From positions 1 through 16,303 of the forward strand of contig NW_021825191.1 in the NCBI RefSeq assembly GCF_006345805.1: DNA of 16,303 nt, given 5' to 3'. Made by a program: the position numbers and the translations under genes. This stretch comes from Octopus sinensis (taxonomy: Eukaryota). This document shows positions 9,259-16,303 of this stretch, piece by piece (within the stretch, counting starts at the first letter, position 1; each line of letters opens with the position of its first letter). Under the pieces are notes generated by a model, which saw nothing but the letters and a program-made list of their open reading frames with translations, was not told the DNA's origin and did not search any database.

Positions 9259-11370
9259 TCCTTTATTCAGTTCGATATTAATAGTTATTACTCTAGTATT
9301 TCCCCTATCTTGCTCAACAAATCACTAATATTTGCTATGAATCGCTCCCTCATATCTAGAGAAGAAATCAATATTGTGCTACTAGCTAGGAAGACATTTA
9401 TAGAATTTGAAGATAAATTATGGACTAGAGCAGATACACCTAATTATTTTGATATACCAATGGGTTCCAGTGATTCGGCTGAGGTAACTATCCTAGTAGG
9501 CGCATATCTATTAAAATGCATAAGCAAGGATATCCCGGAACTACAAGGTGGTCTATATAGGGATGATGCTCTGTTTGTTATCCCTAGTAATAATAAATCT
9601 ATTATAGAAAGGATTAGAAAGAAAATTAATAAGTTCTTTAAGGATTACAACCTCAGCATAACGTATGAACCTGGCACTAAAATAGTTAACTTCCTAGATA
9701 TTACGCTAGACCTTAACTCCAAGCTGCATTACCAATTTAGAAAGGAAGGCGAAATCACGAATTATGTAAATAAATTATCAAATCATCCCCCAATATAATT
9801 GAATCTTTAGTAAGAAATATTTCATTAAGAATTTCAAAATTATCATCATCCATAAGGATATATTTAACTCCCTTCTGAGCATTATAATGCGGCGTTAACT
9901 AAGGCAGGATACAACCAAAAGATTACATTTGTTGATAAGGAGAACTTACGTATTCCTAATAAAGAAGTTATCAGTAATCACGTAAGCAGCAATACAGACC
10001 AAGCCCGAAATAAAAGTAGAATTAAATTCACGGTAAGCGCTAATCTAACGTACAAGCCCAACAATTCAAATAGAAGCATTGACCAAAACATAGGTAACTC
10101 GGATAATATCGAAGTAGATAAACCAAAGATGCACACAAATAAAAATAAAAATAATGGTAATAAATACAATAACTCTGATGAGATGAATAGTAATAATTCT
10201 ACGAACCCTAATTCTAGTTCAAGGAAATTTAATAAAAAAGATATAATATGGTTGAATATTCCTTTCAACTGTGCGATACAATCGGATATACAGAACAAAT
10301 TCAAAGTAATTCTAGAAAAAAATTTCCCAATCTCTCATAGATATCAGAATTATTTCTAGGAAAACAGTTAGGATTTCTTATTCAACCCTCCCAAATATTT
10401 CCACTTTAATAGCTTAAGATAATAATAACAACATAAGCTAGCCAGGAAGATAGAATAAAAATAATAATACCAGCATGAATACCAATAGCAATTATAATAA
10501 TACTACCAACAATAAAAACAGCAATAGTAACTATCAAAACATGGGTGAAATTAGTAACCACAGAATGACTAATAACATTAACATTAATAGTAATAATAAC
10601 AATACCGATATTAATAGAAGTAATAATGTTAATAATAGAAATAATAGAAGTAAGGCTAATGGAGAAAATACGGAGAATGAAAATATCAGTGATATCTATA
10701 ACAACAATATGCAGTCGGATAAAAAGACTAACAATAATAGTAACATTACCAATAATATAAAAAATCATGGTAGGACTTTAGACCTAAAAGATGAAACAGA
10801 AGGATCAATAATAATAGCAATACTTTAGATATCAGCACAACTATAAAATATTAATAACAATAAGGACAATTATACTCATGATAATCAAAATAATAGGAAC
10901 ATAAGACATCTACCCAAGAATAATCCAACACCTGAAGTTGTTCCTCCTGTGTGTAAGTGTAGAATAAAATCAAATGCCGGCACCTGCCTATGCGGGGAAA
11001 ATAACGTAATCTATAATGTACCATATCCACGGAGAATAACAAATATTTTTACATTGGATGTACAATTAATTTTCTAGCCAGAGTTAGAACCCACATCTCG
11101 TCTTTTAAATTACGTCATAAAGCTGGTACCACCACACTTTCAAACAAAATCTGGGAACTCAAAAATAATAACAATAATTATAACCTTAATTGGGAAATAG
11201 TTAGGAGAGCAATTCCGTATAAAAATAGCAGGGTTGGTTGCCAACTATGCTCCATGGAGACGTATGAAATTCTAAAGCATAGAAAACATAGAAACTTATT
11301 GAATAACCATATCGAACTAGGTCAAGTTTGTGTCCACGCTAAATTGAAGACTTTAAAATATTTTAAATGA
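9259..11370 (+). pseudogene. Penelope-like element RT + GIY-YIG endonuclease ORF, 5'-truncated and frameshifted; probably Naiad-type (inference)
   Basis: FIQFDINSYYSSI, PMGSSDSAEV, GLYRDD (9550-9567), VNFLDITL, SNHPP, YNAALTKAGY, IIWLNIPF, VRISYSTLPN, CKCR. GIY-YIG as VIY (11006-11014)...FYIG (11047-11058), then LSNKIWELK, CQLC..E and LLN..EL...CVH; stop at 11368-11370. Confidence 0.9.
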
Positions 11371-12112
11371 TTAGAATATTCGTAACTAGATAGATAGATA
11401 GATATAACTTGATTTTTACTAGTATAGCACTGCTTTAAGTAGATAACTAAGGGTTCTCACACTACAGTTATCTTTTTCCTTATATCTGCACCAGTTTTTT
11501 GAGAACAGGGAAATAAATAGTACTTGTACGCTGCTTAAATGAAGCTTTATTTAATTTCAAATTCATAATTTTAAATCTTAATTTTAAATCTTATTTTTAA
11601 TTTTTAATTCTTAACTTAATCTAATTTAAGTAACATAACTTTAATAAAATAAAATAAGTTACTAAAGCCTCATAATTCTATTTCAAAATTAAATAATAAG
11701 GCTACTCCCTCCTGATGATAGTATGAATATCTTCATTATGAGAACATTCCCTAACACCTTGTAAATGATCTTCTAAGATTTGACCTGTAGTCCGTCAATG
11801 TATAAATAATAACAGCAACTCCTTAAGACAGTAAAACGAATAAATTAAATAAATAAATTTTAATGACTTTTTGATAAGATTATACTTAGATTTTCCTAAT
11901 GTATTTTCTTTTGATTTTAGCCTTTGACCACTCTACCCCTGACCTTGTTATCTCTTTAGATTCTCTTTAAATTCATAGCTGCTTTCAATGGCGTCACATT
12001 AGCAATAAATTAGCTGTTTTACTGGTCAAGGAATAATATTCTCCTCTAGTTCCTAGATGCCTGCAAATTAAAACCAGACTTGCCGTCTACTAATTCTTCT
12101 GTATAACTAGAA

Positions 12113-12335
12113 CCCTCTTTTTCTTTTTTTCTTTTCCCTTCTTCTTTCCTCTTTCTTTTCTTTCTCTTTTCTCTTTTTTCTTTTTCTTCTTCTTATTCTC
12201 TTTTTTCTTTTTTTCTTTTTTTTTTCTTTTTCCTTTTCTCTTTTCTTTTAGTCTCCCCCCCCTTTTTTGCTCCCCCCTCCTTTATTTTCTCTCTTTTCCT
12301 CTCTTTCCTTCCCTTTCTGTTCTTTGCCTCTCTAG
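12113..12335 (+). repeat. Polypyrimidine (T/C) low-complexity tract, ~220 bp
   Basis: Almost purely T/C on the + strand. Confidence 0.9.
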
Positions 12336-12423
12336 AAAGCCCTTCAGCCTTTAAAAGTCAAATAGCTACAGTCTCTTGAAAATAGCAGTAATGTGATTAA
12401 TGTGGCAAATACCTAATCATATA

Positions 12424-12720
12424 GCAAGAATTGATACCTACCTCATTGTGTTCAACCATTGATAAATTTATCGTCTGTGAATATGAAATTCCTCTTCATT
12501 TCTCTCTGGATTAATTTACATCTACACCATTGGAAATTGTGCACCTATACAAAGGATTAATTCACCCTCTCTGTAATGCTAATAAGCAGGAATTGATAAC
12601 CCACCTCGTTGTGATTAGCCATGGATAAATTTGTCGTCTGTGAGTATGTAATCCCTCCTCATCTCTGGAAATTCATATGTACACTATGGATTAAGTCACC
12701 TTCTCTGTGATGCTATTAAA
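12424..12720 (+). repeat. Degenerate tandem duplication (units of ~162 and ~135 bp)
   Basis: GCA(A/G)GAATTGATA...GATAAATTT(A/G)TCGTCTGTGA...GGATTAA(T/G)TCACC(C/T)TCTCTGT(A/G)ATGCTA recurs from 12424 and 12586. Confidence 0.85.
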
Positions 12721-12866
12721 ACTTTTTTAAAAATCTGTGATAAGACTGTGCATCATCTTTAAAGAACTTTAATGAACTTTGGAAATCTGTTTATGTTACT
12801 TATTATCTACATTACTTCATGAGTAGAATCCTCAAACCACTAAGATGTTTAGAGAACTCACATGTA

Positions 12867-12957
12867 TTTTAGCTGATGAGTACGGGACACGTTTATATGC
12901 TGCAATTTTTGCAACTTTTAATAAAGCCTGTCTTTGTATGAAACGATTGTACTAAAA
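12867..12957 (+). ncRNA. Type I hammerhead ribozyme with extended stem II; predicted cleavage after GUA at 12951
   Basis: Stem I TTTTAG (12867-72)/CTAAAA (12952-57); core CTGATGA (12873-79); stem II base GTAC/GTAT; GAAA (12940-43); stem III AC-GATT-GT; triplet GTA. Confidence 0.8.
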
Positions 12958-12994
12958 ACTTATCCATTCTTGTTGCTCTCTTCTTTCTCGCGCG

Positions 12995-13068
<74 letters not shown>

Positions 13069-13093
13069 TATATGTGTATATATATATATATAT
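12995..13093. repeat. (AT)n microsatellite
   Basis: Direct inspection. Confidence 0.95.
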
Positions 13094-13384
13094 ATAATAG
13101 AAATATTAAAATAACTAAGTCTCTCTAAAAGAGAACAGCGGCAGCGTTCCCGGAAAATATAGTTATCGCCATACTAATATGGCACTCTTATAAAAATAAG
13201 AAAAAAGCTGTCCGCTTATTAGCTCCATGAGGCCATCGCCTTAAGTTAGCTATTTGATACACAAACTGTATCCATATAACCTTCGAACAAGTGGAATGTA
13301 TTCCAACCGAAACTAGGTAAATAAAACCATCGAACGAGATTGTCGAAGCAACTGCTGGCACGCTGCACTGCACTGGCTGGCTAC

Positions 13385-13426
13385 GCTGCATTGAAAAGGG
13401 GCAATACCCCGAAACGCGTCTGTAGC
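13385..13426 (+). ncRNA. Minimal type I hammerhead ribozyme, U3:A8 core variant, copy 1; predicted cleavage after GUC at 13420
   Basis: Stem I GCTGCA/TGTAGC; core TTGAAAA (13391-97); stem II GGGG-CAATA-CCCC; GAAA-C-GC-G-TC with palindromic ACGCGT. Confidence 0.8.
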
Positions 13427-13744
13427 TGCCGGTCAAGTAGTGTGGAGCGACTGACCTCCCTTGTTCGAAGGTTATATGGATACAGTTTGTGTATCAAATA
13501 GCTAACTTAAGGCGATGGCCTCATGGAGCCAATAAGCGTACAGCTTTTTTCTTATTTTTATAAGAATGCCATATTAGTATGGCGATAACTATTATTTTCC
13601 GGGAACGCTGCCGCTGTTCTCTTTTAGAGAGACTTAGTTATTTTAATATTTCTATTATTGAAAACAAGTGGATGTATTCCACCGAAACTAGGTAAATAAA
13701 ACCATCGAACAGAGATTGTCGGGCGACACCTACTGGCTGGCTAC

Positions 13745-13786
13745 GCTGCATTGAAAAGGGGCAATACCCCGAAACGCGTCTGTAGC
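13745..13786 (+). ncRNA. Minimal type I hammerhead ribozyme, U3:A8 core variant, copy 2; predicted cleavage after 13780
   Basis: Sequence identical to copy 1, offset exactly 360 nt. Confidence 0.8.
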
Positions 13787-13953
13787 TGCCGGTCAAGTAG
13801 TGTGGAGCGACTGACCCCCTTGTTCGAAGGTTATATGGATACAGTTTGTGTATCAAATAGCTAACTTAAGGCGATGGCCTCATGGAGCTAATAAGCGGAC
13901 AGCTTTTTTCTTATTTTTTAAGAATGCCATATTAGTATGGCGATAACTATTAT

Positions 13954-14013
13954 ATATATATATAATATATATATATATATATGTTATATATATATAATAT
14001 ATATATATAGATA

Positions 14014-14044
<31 letters not shown>

Positions 14045-14066
14045 ATGTATATATATATATATCTAG

Positions 14067-14100
<34 letters not shown>

Positions 14101-14262
14101 GTATATATATATATATAGATATATATATATATATATGTATATAATATATATGTATTATTATATGTATATATATATATGTTATATATATATGTATATATTA
14201 TATATATATATAATACGTATATAATATATAATATATGTATATTATATATTATAATATTGTAT
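13954..14262. repeat. (AT)n microsatellite
   Basis: Direct inspection. Confidence 0.95.
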
Positions 14263-14332
14263 ACTAGCTGAAGGTGACCCGCTCTACGCGCGCGTAAAAG
14301 TGTGGTTGTTACTTTCTGTTGCTTCCTTTCAG

Positions 14333-14644
14333 CACGTAAAAAGCACCATCCGAACGTGGCCGATTGCAGCGCCGCCTTGACTTGCTTCTGTGCCGGTGTC
14401 ACGTAAAAAGCACCAACCGATCGTTGCCGTTGCGAGCTCTCCTGGCACCTGTGCCGGTGGCACGAAAAAAGCACACACAACACTCACAGAGTGGTTGGCG
14501 TTAGGAAGGTCAACCACCTGTAGAAACACTGCCAAATCACTGACGCCTGGTGGCAGCCTCCAGGCTCCCAGACCCCGGTCCACACTGTCCAACCCGTGCT
14601 AGCACGGAAAAACGGACGTTAAACGATGACGATATGATGATGAT
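14333..14644 (+). mobile_element. 5'-truncated 3' end of an RTE-family relative (or a SINE sharing that tail)
   Basis: Three diverged minisatellite cores followed by GAGTGGTTGGCGTTAGGAAGG...TAGAAACACTGCCA...GTCCAACCC(G/A)TGCTAGCA...ACGGACG(T/C)TAAA and a degenerate (GAT)n tail, matching 3979-4161. Confidence 0.85.
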
Positions 14645-14768
14645 TCTCCGTATTTGTTTCTCTCTCCTTTCTCTCTCTCACTTTCTCTCACTCTCTACTT
14701 TTCTTTTCTCTCCGACTCTCCACTCTCCCTCGCTTCTCTTACTCTCTATCTTTATCTATCTCTCTCCC
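14645..14768 (+). repeat. CT-rich low-complexity tract
   Basis: Direct inspection. Confidence 0.8.
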
Positions 14769-14944
14769 ATTTATAAACAACAGAAGATCTTGAGTAAGTT
14801 GAGAAATAAAATATTTAGAAAGGTCAATCAGAAATATGAGGCAGTGCAATGGAAAGGTCTGCTTCAAGGCAGACAGGAAAACGCTAACATTTAAAAGGGA
14901 CAGACGAACTTGCGAGCTGAATAAAAATAATAAAATATTGGAAA

Positions 14945-15230
14945 CCAAAGTTTGAAGGGATAGAATCTGAGGATAGTAGAGTCACCATGGCTGGCATTTG
15001 TTAACGACGGACAGCAACGTAGTGACAGTTTAACGGCTGGCGTAAAATTTTGAACTTGATGTAAAAGAAAATTCGTAAACACCAAGTTTTGAAGAGATTC
15101 TTGCTCACGACAGTAGACTCACGATGGCAAGCATTCAAAACTTCTTCATCATGGACAGCAACACATTGACGATTAAAAGGCTGGCGCAAATTTTTTAGCT
15201 TGATGTAACAGAGAATTCCTAGACACCCGC
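14945..15230 (+). repeat. Degenerate tandem duplication, period ~137-144 bp
   Basis: AGTAGA(G/C)TCAC(C/G)ATGGC at 14975 and 15112; GGACAGCAAC...GGCTGGCG...CTTGATGTAA...AATTC at 15009 and 15153. Confidence 0.75.
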
Positions 15231-15442
15231 TCCTTGAAATTTTAATCCACTTCCAGCCCCATTTAGACCCCTTAATATAACCTGATTTCATACTGGGGCC
15301 ACATTTTATAAGATGAGGAATTTTGTCCTCGAGGTGATGCCTTTCATTTGAGGAAAAAAATAGTTGTCATGCAAACTTGCCAGCACTTTTAACATAGGTG
15401 TGCATATTTTCAGCTGAATCGACCGACTATGTAATGCAAACA

Positions 15443-15481
15443 TTATATATATGTATATGTGTATATATATATATATATATT

Positions 15482-15520
<39 letters not shown>

Positions 15521-16020
15521 GCATTATACATACAAATGTATACAAATGAGATATATATCTGTATAAACTAAATTAGAGATAAAATCACTAATAGGCAAAT
15601 CAAACAGTGAAAAACCAAAAACAAAAACATTAAAAAAATATATATAATATATAAAATATATAAAATTGAAAAATTTAAATTATTTAGATTGAAAATAAAA
15701 ATTATTAAATTATATTTATAATTTGTTTAAAAATATATATAACTATGAAAAAGTATGAAAAAGTTTAATATATATATAAATACAGATATATACACTTTCT
15801 ATATATACATTATATATACATTTTATATATAGAACACATACACACACACATACATTATTATACATTTTATAATAGAACACACACAACACATTATATATAC
15901 ATATTTATATATAGAACACACACACACACACACATACATTATATATACATATTTATATATAGAACACACACACACACATACATTATTTATACATATTTAT
16001 ATATAGAACACACATATAAA
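15443..16020. repeat. (AT)n/(GT)n microsatellites, AT-rich low complexity and a ~40-bp compound minisatellite
   Basis: Unit about ACATACATTATATATACATATTTATATATAGAACACACAC, repeated about 5 times at ~15790-16017. Confidence 0.85.
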
Positions 16021-16187
16021 TAAACGCAAGAATATCTGATTCATAATATTTGTTCTCATGATTGTGTATTGTTGGTAGCGATGATAATTTTCCCTATGAA
16101 AGCAAACAGATACATCAAAGAACGCCACCTGAGGAACTTATAAAGGGAAAGTGAAAGGGAGTTGAGGGGAATACATTAAATAACCAT

Positions 16188-16303
16188 ATTGATTGATTGA
16201 TTGATTCTAGTTTCAGCTTATGAGCTGTGGCCATGCCTGGGCACCGCCATTTGGTGTTGCTACTTGGTTTCACTTCATGGAGGCTTTCTAGCAACTGCTA
16301 TTT
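16188..16303 (-). mobile_element. 3' end of a second copy of the same CR1-type LINE, continuing beyond the window
   Basis: Near-identical to 6238-6357, including the (TTGA)n tail, with only a few substitutions. Confidence 0.93.

Larger units (their letters stand above)
9259..12994 (+). mobile_element. Penelope-like retroelement including a putative long 3' region ending in a hammerhead-bearing pLTR
   Basis: The coding part is certain. Extension to ~12994 is inferred from the same-strand hammerhead at 12867-12957 just before the (AT)n tract, since PLE pLTRs are known to carry hammerheads. Confidence 0.55.
13094..13953 (+). mobile_element. Non-coding hammerhead-bearing repeat element (retrozyme / non-autonomous PLE-like), architecture A'-B-A-B-A(partial)
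   Basis: 13094-13291 is the reverse complement of 13460-13658. The B+A block repeats directly from ~13663. There are two identical hammerheads, no meaningful ORF, and (AT)n on both flanks. Confidence 0.78.

Noticed and set aside
7243-9328. Plus-strand ORFs over the CR1 element, and minus-strand ORFs over the RTE and PLE (e.g. 10406..10768)
   Set aside because: They are antisense shadows of retroelement coding sequence with no independent motifs.
11711-11745. CTGATGA followed by a small hairpin: possible hammerhead, or SECIS (some Naiad PLEs encode selenoproteins)
   Set aside because: It is followed by GAGAAC rather than GAAAC and has no stem I partner. The helix is too short for a SECIS, and I found no in-frame TGA at a conserved Cys position in the PLE ORF.
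13436-13472. Weak Pol III A/B-box-like motifs (AGTAGTGTGG, TGTTCGAAGG) in the 360-nt unit
   Set aside because: Both deviate from consensus and there is no tRNA-like fold; the match is not distinguishable from chance.
14312-14332. Polypyrimidine + CAG resembling a splice acceptor just before the RTE fragment (similarly TTCTTTTCAG at ~195-204)
   Set aside because: No exon or host-gene evidence in the window; such motifs are common by chance.
16021-16187. Short unique segment as a possible host exon
   Set aside because: No convincing ORF, splice pair or recognisable motif.

Overview
Eukaryotic (animal) repeat-dense window with no recognisable host gene. The SINE/LINE tails and long (AT)n tracts suggest a mollusc, probably an octopus; that is an inference from pattern recall, not a database match. 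Left to right: (1) a near-full-length RTE-clade LINE (+, ~240-4161) with AP endonuclease, RT carrying an embedded PHD-type finger, a 3' UTR holding a 12-core ~61-bp minisatellite, and a (TGA)n tail; (2) (AT)n tracts holding a tRNA-headed SINE fragment and a 171-bp palindromic MITE; (3) a CR1/L2-type LINE (-, 6238-~9258) with a CCCH-finger ORF1 and an endonuclease, but with the RT core deleted; (4) a 5'-truncated Penelope-like element (PLE; +, from ~9259) with RT, two long Asn-rich insertions, a C-terminal GIY-YIG domain and a downstream type I hammerhead ribozyme (12867-12957); (5) a small non-coding element (13094-13953) built as inverted arm + tandem repeat, with two identical minimal hammerheads of the U3:A8 core variant exactly 360 nt apart, i.e. 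a candidate retrozyme/circRNA-generating unit; (6) a truncated RTE 3' end, degenerate duplications, microsatellites and a second CR1 3' end running off the window. Most ORF-track entries are microsatellite or antisense artefacts. The many 1-bp indels may be partly assembly error. All alignments and RNA folds were done by eye.
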